A DNA stretch of 64,000 nucleotides, from positions 17,422,001 to 17,486,000 of the forward strand of contig CATNEN010000038.1 in assembly GCA_950097015.1 (NCBI GenBank). Reading direction: 5' to 3'. The position numbers were made by a program, and so were the translations under genes. The DNA comes from Macrostomum hystrix (Eukaryota > Animalia > Platyhelminthes). The notes under the pieces were generated by a model that was not told the origin of the DNA, ran no database searches, and saw only the letters and a program-made list of their open reading frames with translations. Positions 1 through 12,300 of this stretch are shown one piece after another (position 1 is the stretch's first letter; each line of letters opens with the position of its first letter).

Positions 1-27
1 AAGGATTTAAAATGATTTGTCACTCAC

Positions 28-927
28 TTTGGCCTCGCTGGCTCTCCTATTGCGGCAAGATTTGATGGCTCCGGCAGCGTAGGCGCCAGTGCCATTTAGC
101 TCACAGGTGAGGCATTCGCATTCACAATTGCCGCAGCCAAAGAAGTGGTGGCCATAGTGCAGTAGTACTTCGTCATCCTTAACAATTGTTCGAATCACTT
201 CGTAATGAGCAGAATAACTGCCGGCTGGCACGAAGCGAACATTTGGCCGACAATCGTGATTGATGTAAGCCGCCGGGCCTAGCCAGAGTTGGGAGCAGTG
301 CTTCCTAGTTGAATACATCACTGAGAAGTCGTTAACGCCAGGCTTCAGATAGCCACCGTCGGCTTCCTCCTCCGGGGCCACTTCGGCAATGCAGCCAATC
401 AGCATGTCGATGCGTTGGCCAGGCTGCCAGTCTCTAGTTGATACAATCCTAGCACCGACCCGATTCTCGTGCAGGTAGCGTCGGCAGGCTTCGATTTTAA
501 CACCGGACCGACTATCGAACAGGTGCAAATAGCGGCACAGATGAGAGCGCAGATTCGGATCTGTACGCCTACTAGCCGGCAGAAATGGTCGATAAGGACG
601 CAAACAGGCGTTCTCGTTATCAACAACAAACGGTGAATCGCCGCTAGGAATAGAATCGGCTTTTAGCAGGGCGTCGCATGCTTCCTCGTAGTTCTGATCT
701 AATTGAAACTGTTCCAAAGCTCGCCGGCAGGCCTTTCTAAGCCGCGGTGGGGCGCGAAATCTCTCGCACATTTTATGCGTGCCAAAGCCCAGATAGGCGT
801 CAACTGTCAGGCAATTCGCCAAGTCGTCTAGATCGCCTAGTTCGCGGGCTGTCAGGCCGCCAGTGTAATTACACGGCCCAATTAATGTGGCGACAGTTTT
901 AGCGCCTTTTGATGTTGCCAACTTCAT
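28..927 (-). CDS. KMT5B: Histone H4K20 methyltransferase SUV4-20/KMT5B-like, first coding exon (gene probably continues off the left edge)
   Basis: SUV4-20 signatures: DDLANCLTVDAYLGFGTHKM, NDFSVMYSTRKHCSQLWLGPAAYINHDCRPN (SET) and YGHHFFG..CECECLTCE (post-SET). A probable donor AAA|GTGAGT sits at 28/27, so the ORF stop at 7 is likely intronic. Confidence 0.93.
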
Positions 928-1921
928 AATAGACGGTGCTGGCCACTGATGCCGCCAAAGTATGTAGTGGCGCTTTGAATTGAGTGACTGACGCCAATCT
1001 AAAATTTCGGCGTCTTTGATAATGAGTTATATCTAGTGGATGGCACAATTTAATTATAATAGTATTGGTTAATGATTTACTTTAAAGGAGATTATATTAA
1101 AATAATAGAAATGTTTGCATTTTGACCAGCCAATTCGGAATATTTTTAAGCAGTAGGCAGCAAAAAAAGCACATAAAAGTTTTTCTGATTTGTCTAAATT
1201 ACAATGAACTTAAAAAGCTGCTTATGAAGGTATCAGAAACCTACTTTCTTCAACATAATTATATGAAAGAATTAAAATGTGCATTTCTTTTTTTTTAATG
1301 CTCACGTTTTAGATTATTTTGCTAAAAATAAATAAAAAATTGTCCTAGAGCCATGGAGCCTAATTGTAAGGCATAAGACAAAAGATATTGATTAATTTAA
1401 AATTTGAATTACTGTGTGCTTTTTAAACGTGGAAAATAACTACTATTGTATATTATAAAATACACCTAGAATGAATGGATAAAAATACACATTTAAGTAA
1501 CTAGCAAAATCTAGTAATAAACATAATATCTTTTTGTGATTCTGAAGAGGACCTTAAACTGCACCAAGTTATTTTTACCCAGTTTAAGCAACTTGTGCCT
1601 TAAGATAGGATCATACTAGCAGTATTATCTTTTGTAGTTTCTGATATTGGTTGGTCAACCACTTTGTAGCAACAAGAGGTGTCCAACTAAGTTTTAATTT
1701 GCATGAAACATAACCACAGGCTCATTTAAAATAGGGGATAGTGTTACAATAAAATTTCAAAGCAATTTTTTTGCAAACAAAATGTAGTGGCAAGAAAAGT
1801 TTTACAACCAAAGTTTGATGAACAAATTTTATCGAAGCAAACTTCCTACAAGCAATTAAAATAAGGATTCAATGTAACACTATTTTACTATATCATATAG
1901 GCCTTTACCAAATATTGAAGC

Positions 1922-2454
1922 ACCCTATTGGAATAAGTTGACAAATTGCGTCTGACCATACATGCGCAACACCCGGCCGACCCGGCCGAACCGGCCGGGT
2001 GAAACGAGGGCCAAGCAAGGTAAGTCGCAAAAACCAATTGACCAAGCGCAAAAAAATCAAAGGGGGGACCAAGGGACAAAAAAGGAAGGCGTGAAGAAAA
2101 GGAAAAAGGGGAGAGAAAAAGAGAGCAAATGAGAGCAAACTAAGTCGTAAATAGAGCAATGAAATGAACTAAGTCGCAAATGAGAGCAAAAACTAAGTCG
2201 CACGGCCGGCTAAGATTTGGGAGGTTGCGCATGTATGCGTCTGACTGTCTATTGTATCTTCAGAATTATTGTGTCACATCGGGTTGCTGTGTCCCGACTT
2301 GCTTGCAAGGCAGTGTCACATTGCAGGAGGGTGCAACACAATGCACTAGGCCAGAGGGGCAAAGCATAACAAGGTGCGGCATGGCACTGTGTCAACTTGT
2401 GGTTTTAAGATATATTTTTATACCCATGTTTTTGAACATTTATTCCAATAGGGT
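1922..2454. mobile_element. Non-autonomous TIR element (outer) hosting a nested MITE
   Basis: 15-bp perfect inverted repeat ACCCTATTGGAATAA (1922-1936) / TTATTCCAATAGGGT (2440-2454). A shorter version of the same IR pair flanks 30985-31216. No clear TSD. Confidence 0.55.
1957..2237. mobile_element. hAT-like MITE, 281 bp
   Basis: 14-bp TIRs CATACATGCGCAAC / GTTGCGCATGTATG and a perfect 8-bp TSD CGTCTGAC (1949-1956, 2238-2245). A second copy lies at 31479-31720. Confidence 0.88.
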
Positions 2455-2483
2455 CAAAGCATAGCATAGTAGCATAGCATAGT

Positions 2484-2709
2484 GCGGTAAAAACTGCACT
2501 GCGGTGCTAACTTCACTGTGCGGTAAATTCTGCATAGTCTACTGCATAGTCCAAGCCTAAAATGAGGTCATTTAAACAGTGCAGTAAATTCCGCATAGTC
2601 TACCGCATAATAATGTTTGTTAAACAGTGCGGTAAAAACAACTAGCTTCACCCTAGGGTAATGTGCTGCTATTAGGCTACTATGCGGTAAAGTTAGCGGT
2701 TTTTACCGC
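2484..2709. repeat. Probable MITE remnant rich in GCGGTAAA motifs
   Basis: 11-bp inverted repeat GCGGTAAAAAC / GTTTTTACCGC with internal iterated (t)gcggtaaa motifs. Confidence 0.4.
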
Positions 2710-2832
2710 GCGGTAAAATGTCAGTAACATTGTAGCTTCATGACTAGCAAATCAAATTTTGTGTGCAAATACTAATTGCATTATGCATTTTAGGCCTTTT
2801 TTGCTTCATAGCCATTCATGATTCAAGGTCAA

Positions 2833-3150
2833 GGTTGTAGCCATGTGGTTAGAGCATTAGACTTATAACTTAAAAATGGAGACTACTAGCATCCACTAGA
2901 CTAGATTCTTTTTAGTGTCTTTTAACACTCTACATTGCTTCAGTTCACCTAGCTGTTAACTGGGTACCAACATTAGCTGGCATAAAAAATATGGGTGTGG
3001 GATCCTTTAGTCCATGGACATTGGACAGAACAAATAGGGCCTATATGCAGCCTTTAGATGCATAGGCCGCCTAGCACAATAGCTGGGATAGGCCTATGCT
3101 GTTGGCTACACATCTGGCCCAATTAGGGCACTGTAATCAATAAATTATTA
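2833..3150 (+). mobile_element. tRNA-derived SINE, copy 1 (diverged)
   Basis: tRNA-like head GGTTGTAGCCATGTGGTTAGAGC (A box), central TCACCTAGCTGTTAACTGGGTACC, AT-rich tail. Aligns by eye with copies at 23600-23890 and 24960-25581. Confidence 0.72.
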
Positions 3151-3911
3151 GACCTATGATTTAACAAGTAGGTGTCTTTTTCACATGCATGACAGGGCAT
3201 CACTGGTGGCAAAACAAAAAATTATATTGACAATTTGACATCCATTCAATAAAGTAAAAAACTAAAAAATCTGCTGATTTAAGACAAGTGAGCTCTAAGC
3301 CAATTAGGCCTATACAAATATTCCAGACCTATTATAATGTTAGGCTAGGCCTACAATAATGAATACTAATCATACTTATGTCAATGATAATGACATAGCT
3401 ATAGTAGGCCTATTACTATGGCCTATAGCACTAGGGCCTATTGACGTCTATACTTCCAGTACCAGAACCAGTACCAGAACCAGTACCAGAAAAAAATTAT
3501 GTTATAGCCAACAAAAAATCGACAAGCAACTAATAAAAAGACTTCTAACAGATGAAATACTTATATATCGGTCCGAAAATATCATTATTGAGAATAAAAT
3601 TAATAAATATCGACGGACTTGCGCACAACACACAAAAAATCGTTTACTTTCACAAAACGTTTTCTAATATATTTTTTTCATGGAATAAAACAAATTTGCT
3701 CAACCAACTGAGTAAACGAATACAAAAAGCGGCTTACTAAATATCGCAACTACTAAAATCACAACTCAAAACTCACCTCATTAAATGTGTTTGTATAATT
3801 TATTATTTTTATAATCATCGTAAACTTCATCAAAAAAACTAAAAATATAACCTCTTTTGCGCTTCGCAGGATTATTACTCGTACATGATATACAGCTGAG
3901 AGCAATGATAA

Positions 3912-4784
3912 GGAAGGAAACATTATCTGTAAACACGGCTGTAAAATTTCAGAGCCCTGACTAGTCGCGTCTCGGAGTTGTAGACCCTCGAGTCCCCCCA
4001 CTCTGATATCTCCCATTTTAAAAGTACTTTTCGTCACCTCACTGAATCTGGTGGTCAGACGAGGCTAAAAACTCAGATCTGGAAGGAAACATTATCTGTG
4101 AACACGGCTGTAAGATTTCAGAGCCCTGACTAGTCGCGTCTCGGAGTTGTAGACCCTCGAGTCCCCCCCACTCTGATATCTCCCATTTTAAAAGTACTTT
4201 TCGTCACCTCACTGAATCTGGTGGTAAAAAGAAGCTGAAAACTCAGATCTGGAAGGAAACATTATCTGTGAACACGGCTGTAAAATTTCAGAGCCCTGAC
4301 TAGTCGCGTCTCGGAGTTGTAGACCCTCGAGTCCCCCCACTCTGATATCTCCCATTTTAAAAGTACTTTTCGTCACCTCACTGAATCTGGTGGTCAGACG
4401 AGGCTGAAAACTCAGATCTGGAAGGAAACATTATCTGTGAACACGGCTGTAAAATTTCAGAGCCCTGACTAGTCGCGTCTCGGAGTTGTAGACCCTCGAG
4501 TCCCCCCCACTCTGATATCTCCCATTTTAAAAGTACTTTTCGTCACCTCACTGAATCTGGTGGTAAAAAGAAGCTGAAAACTCAGATCTGGAAGGAAACA
4601 TTATCTGTGAACACGGCTGTAAGATTTCAGAGCCCTGACTAGTCGCGTCTCGGAGTTGTAGACCCTCGAGTCCCCCCCACTCTGATATCTCCCATTTTAA
4701 AAGTACTTTTCGTCACCTCACTGAATCTGGTGGTAAAAAGAAGCTGAAAACTCAGATCTGGAAGGAAACATTATCTGTGAACAC
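3912..4784 (+). repeat. 169-170-bp tandem repeat, about 5.1 copies (left arm of foldback)
   Basis: Unit GGAAGGAAACATTATC... starts at 3912, 4081, 4251, 4420, 4590 and 4760. Confidence 0.95.
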
Positions 4785-4788
4785 AGAG

Positions 4789-5913
4789 TGGGAGATATCA
4801 GAGTGGGGGGGACTCGAGGGTCTACAACTCCGAGACGCGACTAGTCAGGGCTCTGAAATTTTACTGCCGTGTTCACAGATAATGTTTCCTTCCAGATCTG
4901 AGTTTTCAGCTTCTTTTTACCACCAGATTCAGTGAGGTGACGAAAAGTACTTTTAAAATGGGAGATATCAGAGTGGGGGGGACTCGAGGGTCTACAACTC
5001 CGAGACGCGACTAGTCAGGGCTCTGAAATTTTACAGCCGTGTTCACAGATAATGTTTCCTTCCAGATCTGAGTTTTCAGCCTCGTCTGAGCACCAGATTC
5101 AGTGAGGTGACGAAAAGTACTTTTAAAATGGGAGATATCAGAGTGGGGGGGACTCGAGGGTCTACAACTCCGAGAAGCGACTAGTCAGGTCTCTGAAATT
5201 TTACAGCCGTGTTCACAGATAATGTTTCCTTCCAGATCTGAGTTTTCAGCTTCTTTTGACCACCAGATTCAGTGAGGTGACGAAAAGTACTTTTAAAATG
5301 GGAGATATCAGAGTGGGGGGGACTCGAGGGTCTACAACTCCGAGACGCGACTAGTTAGGGCTCTGAAATTTTACAGCCGTGTTCACAGATAATGTTTCCT
5401 TCCAGATATGAGTTTTCAGCTTCTTTTGACCACCAGATTCAGTGAGGTGACGAAAAGTACTTTTAAAATGGGAGATATCAGAGTGGGGGGGACTCGAGGG
5501 TCTACAACTCCGAGACGCGACTAGTCAGGGCTCTGAAATTTTACAGCCGTGTTCACAGATAATGTTTCCTTCCAGATCTGAGTTTTCAGCTTCTTTTTAC
5601 CACCAGATTCAGTGAGGTGACGAAAAGTACTTTTAAAATGGGAGATATCAGAGTGGGGGGGACTCGAGGGTCTACAACTCCGAGACGCGACTAGTCAGGG
5701 CTCTGAAATTTTACAGCCGTGTTTACAGATAATGTTTCCTTCCAGATCTGAGTTTTCAGCTTCTTTTGACCACCAGATTCAGTGAGGTGACGAAAAGTAC
5801 TTTTAAAATGGGAGATATCAGAGTGGGGGGGACTCGAGGGTCTACAACTCCGAGACGCGACTAGTCAGGGCTCTGAAATTTTACAGCCGTGTTTACAGAT
5901 AATGTTTCCTTCC
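4789..5913 (-). repeat. 170-bp tandem repeat, about 6.6 copies (right arm, inverted)
   Basis: Reverse-complement units ending ...GTTTCCTTCC at 4893, 5063, 5233, 5403, 5573, 5743 and 5913. Confidence 0.95.
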
Positions 5914-8008
5914 TTATCATTGCTCTCAGCTGTATATCATGTACGAGTAATAATCCTGCGAAGCGCAAAAGTGAGGTTATATTTTTAGTTTTTTTGATGA
6001 AGTTTACGATGATTATAAAAATAATAAATTATACAAACACATTTAATGAGGTGAGTTTTGAGTTGTGATTTTAGTAGTTGCGATATTTAGTAAGCCGCTT
6101 TTTGTATTCGTTTACTCAGTTGGTTGAGCAAATTTGTTTTATTCCATGAAAAAATATATTAGAAAACGTTTTGTGAAAGTAAACGATTTTTTGTGTGTTG
6201 TGCGCAAGTCCGTCGATATTTATTAATTTTATTCTCAATAATGATATTTTCGGACCGATATATAAGTATTTCATCTGTTAGAAGTCTTTTTATTAGTTGC
6301 TTGTCGATTTTTTGTTGGCTATAACATAATTTTTTTCTGGCACTGGTTCTGGTACTGGTTCTGGTACTGGAAGTATAGACGTGCCTATTGTTAGTATTTT
6401 AGCAAAGTAAATTTTAAGCATAAAAAAGTTTTTTAGACAATGATGCACATTCAAAGTGAACAAATTAATCTGCAAATGAATAAGGAAAAAATTTCCAGAG
6501 TGACTTCAACCAGTTTGTATTAAAATATAGACAATTTTTTTGCTGTGCCATTAAGTTGATAAGAGAATTTACATGATTAAGTTGCACCAGCGACGTAGGC
6601 ATTTACTAGACAACACAGGAACTTAAAGCGAACAGACACAACAAATGTTAACACGTAACTTTTCTAAGCTGAGGATTAATTTCCAAACAGGCTTGTTTTA
6701 TTATGATTAGCCAGGGCCTAGTTTTTAAGAAGACAGTAGACTAGACCCGGAGCAAGCTTTAAAGGGTTTTTAAATAAAAGTGCTTTTTAATAAGTGCTTA
6801 TTAATTTCTATGTTAAATGTCCGTATAAAATAATCTAAATCTAATCTAAAAAAATAATTTTTAATAAATTCAGATAAATATATTTAAAATTCAGTGGTAG
6901 AGTTCCTCTGAACTGATCCGCGCCCCCCAACTGGTCCTTTGGGGGAGTCATTTTAACAACAAATAAAAGTGCTAATATTAATTTCCTAGACGATAAGTTA
7001 AATAAAATTTACTAAGAGCAAAACCTTTATTATGTAACGTTTTTTAGAAACTTTATATATAGGCCTAGTTAGGCCCTATTTGTTGAAGTGGATAAAAGCA
7101 TTTTAAACTTTCTAGAAAACTAATTGCACGGAATGGTTTGTGTCTGTCTCGTGCGCTCGTGCGTTTACTTTACCAAGGCCAAGCCGCCAATCTATCGTAA
7201 ATAAGCCTCGCCTTGCTTAGAGGCCTATCATGAGGGTATGTTGATGTGTTAACGGTAATTTCGTCTGCCCCCTTTTCTTCAGCCACCTTTTTGTGGAATC
7301 GGACTATATCTAGCTTTGTTATTTTATTGTGTTAGTCAGCCTTTAAGCCCTGAAATCACACAGGGATTATATCACACAATATGTGACAAAATCACGATGT
7401 AATCTACCATCTTTCACTCTCTGAAATCCTGCACAGTTTGTATCCAGATGATTAAATATCCATGTATTATTTAAACCAGTCTGGCTAGGCTATCTGCTTT
7501 TGCTAGTTTATTAAATATAAAAAAGTTATTCTTGCTTTTTATCTAAAACCGAACAATGATTTTCATGTATCTTCAAACCAAACAGAGAATTTGATGTTTG
7601 GTTTTACAATTTGAGTGAGTGGTTTAATCTTATTTGAAGGAGTAAACTATCATGAATTAGGCTATGTAATTTGATTTCAAGCATTTTTCATGCTCTATAA
7701 ATAACTACATTTATGGTCATTTAATTGGCAAGCAACCACATACAATCTTCATCTAAAGTACATACTGAAAAAATGTTGTTAAAAGTATGCTTTTGCAATA
7801 AAAATTTCTACTGAAACATCAATATCTTTCTTTCCTCTTAATGCTTCATTGCAGATCATGCCTCAGCTTGTAGATAATTTCTTCAACTTTCAAATTAGTT
7901 GTTCTGTGAAACACAATAGCTTGTTTCTGTCTTTCACGAGACCAAGGAAGAAGTCAAAATCATTGTTTGGTTTTGAAGATACACTGTTCGGTTGATTATA
8001 CATTACCC

Positions 8009-8106
8009 TATAGATGACAAAGTGTCCACAAGTCTAAGTCTCTTCGTCACCCACCCTCTGAGATATTGGACAGATTGACATCTGGATGATGAAGTGTTCA
8101 GGCACC
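8009..8106. mobile_element. Solo end of the 9-bp-TSD MITE family seen at 28311-30840
   Basis: Reverse-complement match to 28311-28424 (GATGACAAAGTGTCCACAAGTCTAAGTCTCTTCGTCA...GAAGTGTTCAGGCACC). Confidence 0.75.
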
Positions 8107-9302
8107 TATATATATACAGGCTTTTTTGTCAGAAAAGCAGGTGCAAGCTTTCATCTTAGGCCCAAAATCTAGGTGCAAATTAAAATTCTGGGTGCAGATT
8201 GCATCTAAACCCAAAATAAGTTCTAGGCCTAACACAAATATGTTTAAAAATATTTATTCAATTGAAATTTCAGAGCTTAAAGCAGATGTTTTAGGCCTAC
8301 CTGAATATTTCAAAGAAATCTGTGCTACAGCCTGCCAATTTGAAAAGTGTTTTATTTTTTAGTAAATTGAAAATAAAATATCAAGTTTTATTTTAATGAT
8401 GCTGAATAAATGTGCTAATTAATTGAAAAACACAACAAGGAACAAAAAGTTAGGTCTACTTTTAAGTGTTCCTAAAATCTATTTGCAAATCTCACCTCAG
8501 AAAAAATCTGGTACAAGATTTGCATCTGATTCCCAAAATTTAGATACAAATCAGGATTTTGGGGTGCAAGTTGTACCTAATTTGCCCAAAAAAACCCACC
8601 CTATATATATATTTGCTAGTTTCACTAAATCCTGATTTACATTAAACATTTATTCAGCATAATAGTTTTAATGATTTCTTCTTTGACATATAGTTAATGT
8701 TAAATTTCTAATAGTATGGCTCATTTTTTTAGCTGGGCCCATTGTTGTTAAAATTTGGCAATTAGATGACCCATTCACATTTTATCTACATGTTAAAGGG
8801 GTTCAAGCCTATTATAAAGGTTGCTAGGTAACAGTTGTATGTAGCTTTTCTTCTTTTTTTCTTGTCAAAAATAGTTTGCAACTACATATGAGTTACATTA
8901 GAGTTACTATTTTAGTATCCTCTTTGCTAGTTTCAATATTATATGTTTTTTGTAAAATCATGTATCTTAAAACTTTATTGCAACTCTTTTAAAAATTATA
9001 TTATTTGATGCATTTATATTAAAAGTTCTCAACATATACACTTTTTTACCAGATTTTAAATTTATAATTCACACTTATTAGAGTAAAGTCAGTGGTTTTG
9101 TTGAAGAAAAAACAACTTTTTATAGTGCAAGTACTAATATGTTGCTTCAATTTAAATGTCACTTTTTACAGTTTTTTTTGCATTGCATTTGCAGCCAGCC
9201 AATCTGCATTGGTCTAGTTTATTATAACCGTGTAGTGAAATTAACTTCCTACTTAAAATCATTGGGTCAAAATCAACAAATTGTGTGCAGCAGGCGGTGA
9301 AA

Positions 9303-12300
9303 ATGCAGCCTAGCCAGACTCCAGTTCGAGTCCTGCGTCGGGCCGATTCTCAGCAACAGCAGTCACGTGACACTGTTGAAGTTTTCTGTCGCGTCCGGCC
9401 AGCTTCACTTAATGCCGATTTTGAAGACTGTCTGGTGATAAAGGACGATAAAACTCTGATTCTGGAGCGTGTCGGTGCTTTGAGGTTTGAATTTTGTAAA
9501 ATATGTAATATGTACTTACGATGCAACGATTGAACTACTGACAGTAATATAACTCGTGTCTTATTGGCACAAAGCAAAATATTTGTGCTGCATAACCTAT
9601 TGCAATGAGTTTAATTCTTTGTTAATTTAGTAAAGTAAGGTTTTTAGCCCAATTTCCAAATTTTGTAAATCACCCATTTGTAAAATGGGTACCAATGAGT
9701 TATAGATACAGGTCGTGTTGGCTGCAATGAACTTGTAACTATGCTGACTAGCTAATGGGCTGAACAGTTGTGCACAGCTTCTACATATTCTATATTTACG
9801 AGCTGTTTATGCGCGTCTTCAGTTGTCTACTTTTAGTAGTAATGTGTGAAAATGTTGCCATTAAATTCTGTTACGCAGGTCCACCGAGTACACATTCACT
9901 CGCGTATTCGACGACGCCTCCAAGCAGTCGGATGTGTTCAGCAGTGTGGGCCTGCCCCTAGTCGAGGAGCTGGTTCAGGGCCGCAATGGCCTGTTATTCA
10001 CCTACGGTGTGACCGGCAGCGGCAAAAGTTTCACAATGCACGGCCATCCAGAAAATCCGGGCCTGCTGCCCCGATGCCTTGACTCTCTTTTTAACTCCGT
10101 TGGCAGTCGGCTGGCTAAGAAATTCGTTATCCGGCCAGACCGGGCCAACGGATTCGATATTCACAGCGAGGCCAGCGCCATGATGGAGCGACAGCGGACT
10201 GAGCTGGCTCAGCGACAGGGTGGCGGAACTAGGCAGCTCGAGGCTGAGGTTTGTGGCTTTTTGCTCTAGCTGTTATTCCCTTATCTCTTAAAACTCATCA
10301 CTCCCTCGCTCCCTGATCACCAAATGCCCACTCCCTCACCTCTAAACTCATCACTAAATCTCCACTCCCTCACCTCTAAACTCATCACTCCCTCACCTCT
10401 AAACTTATCACTAAATCCTCGCTCCCTCACCTCTAAACTCATCACTCCCTCGCTCCCGATCACCAAATCCCCACTCCCTCACCTCTAAACTCATCACTCC
10501 CTCAGCTCTAAACTCATCACTCCCTCAGCTCTAAACTCATCACTCCCTCAGCTCTAAACTCATCACTCTTCATCACTAAATCCCCACTCTTTACCCCTTA
10601 ATTCATTACTCCGTCACCCCTTAATTCATCACTCCGTCACCCCTTAATTCATCACTCCGTCACCCCTTAATTCATCACTCCGTCACCCCTTAATTCATCA
10701 CTCCGTCACCCCATAATTCATCACTCCGTCACCCCATAATTCATCACTCCGTCACCCCATAATTCATCACTCCGTCACCCCTTAATTCATCACTCCGTCA
10801 CCCCATAATTCATCACTCCATCACCCCTTAATTCATCACTCCGTCACCCCATAATTCATCACTCCGTCACCCCTTAATTCATCACTTCGTCACCCCTTAA
10901 TTCATCACTCCGTCACCCCATAATTCATCACTCCGTCACCCCTTAATTCATCACTTCGTCACCCCTTAATTCATCACTCCGTCACCCCTTAACTCATCAC
11001 TCCGTCACCCCTTAATTCATCACTTCGTCACCCCTTAATTCATCACTCCGTCACCCCATAATTCATCACTCCGTCACCCCTTAATTCATCACTTCGTCAC
11101 CCCTTAATTCATCACTCCGTCACCCCATAATTCATCACTCCGTCACCCCTTAACTCATCACTCCGTCACCCCTTAATTCATCACTCCGTCACCCCTTAAC
11201 TCATCACTCCGTCACCCCTTAATTCATCACTCCGTCACCCCTTAATTCATCACTCCGTCACCCCATAATTCATCACTCCGTCACCCCTTAATTCATCACT
11301 CCGTCACCCCTTCTTTTTGTAAGGGGGGGACTCCAATCTCCAAGGATAATTATTATGTTTTAATTTTATTTCCATTAAGGCGACTAATCGGCAGCGCGAG
11401 TCGGCCCGAGTGCCCCTTGGCGAGCTGGATGGCGTCGCCTTCGGCTGCGCGGTGTTCGTCAGCTACGTGGAGATCTACAACAAGCTGGCCTACGACCTGC
11501 TGGAGGACTTAAGCGGCCAGCTGTCCAGGGCCGAGCCGACGTCGCGGGCTCTGCGGGAGGACGCCAGGCGGAACGTGTTCGTCAGCGGCGCCCAGGAGGT
11601 CGAGTGTCGCTCCGGCGATGAGGCCTACGCCGTCTTCCTGAGGGGCCGCGCCAGGCGGAAGGTCGCCCAGACCGCTCTGAATGCCGAGAGCTCCAGATCA
11701 CACTCCATCTTCACCGTCCGCCTCGTGCGCGGCTGCTACGATTGCCGGCGCGACGAGATGGTCCAGGTGAGTCGTAGATGTCTAGTAGCATTCAGATGCG
11801 GGCAGTGTATGTCAGTCGTCGATGTCTAGTAGCATTCGGGTGCGGGCAGTCCAGGTGAGTCGTCGATGTCTAGTAGCTCGTAGCATTCGGGTGCGGGGAG
11901 TCCAGGTGAGTCGTCGATGTCTATAGTAGCATTCGGGTGCGGGCAGTCCAGGTGAGTCGTCGATGTCTAGTAGCATTCAGATGCGGGCAGTCCATGTCAG
12001 TCGTCGATGTCTAGTAGCTCGTAGCATTTGGGTGCGGGCAGTCCAGGTGAGCCGCTGACATTCAGTATCGGTCACAAAGCAGCTCCCGGTCGCCCACCGC
12101 AGGACAAGAGCCTGCTGCAGGTGAGCCAGCTGTGCCTGGTGGACCTGGCCGGCTCTGAGCGGTCGCAGCGCACGGGCAACGCTGGCAGCCGGCTGCGGGA
12201 GGCGTCGAACATCAACAACTCTCTGCTGGTGCTGAAGCGCTGCATTGAGGCCTTGCGGGAGAACCAGCGGGCTGTCAGCGCCGGGGGCGCCAACGCTGCC

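Larger units (their letters stand above)
3444..6382. mobile_element. Foldback-type DNA transposon (2.94-kb palindrome, non-coding)
   Basis: Termini ACGTCTATACTTCCAGT... / ...ACTGGAAGTATAGACGT. About 468-bp near-identical unique arms (3444-3911, 5914-6382) are followed by inverted 170-bp arrays. Exact 8-bp TSD GCCTATTG (3436-3443, 6383-6390). Confidence 0.92.

Noticed and set aside
3359-4037. Short ORFs in the foldback arm as a possible transposase
   Set aside because: Short, AT-rich, crossing the element boundary or repeat units, and lacking any DDE or DNA-binding motif.
8110-8610. Possible MITE with GATGCAA/TTGCATC motifs, similar to 27570-28015
   Set aside because: Termini are degenerate and there is no clear TSD, so boundaries cannot be supported.
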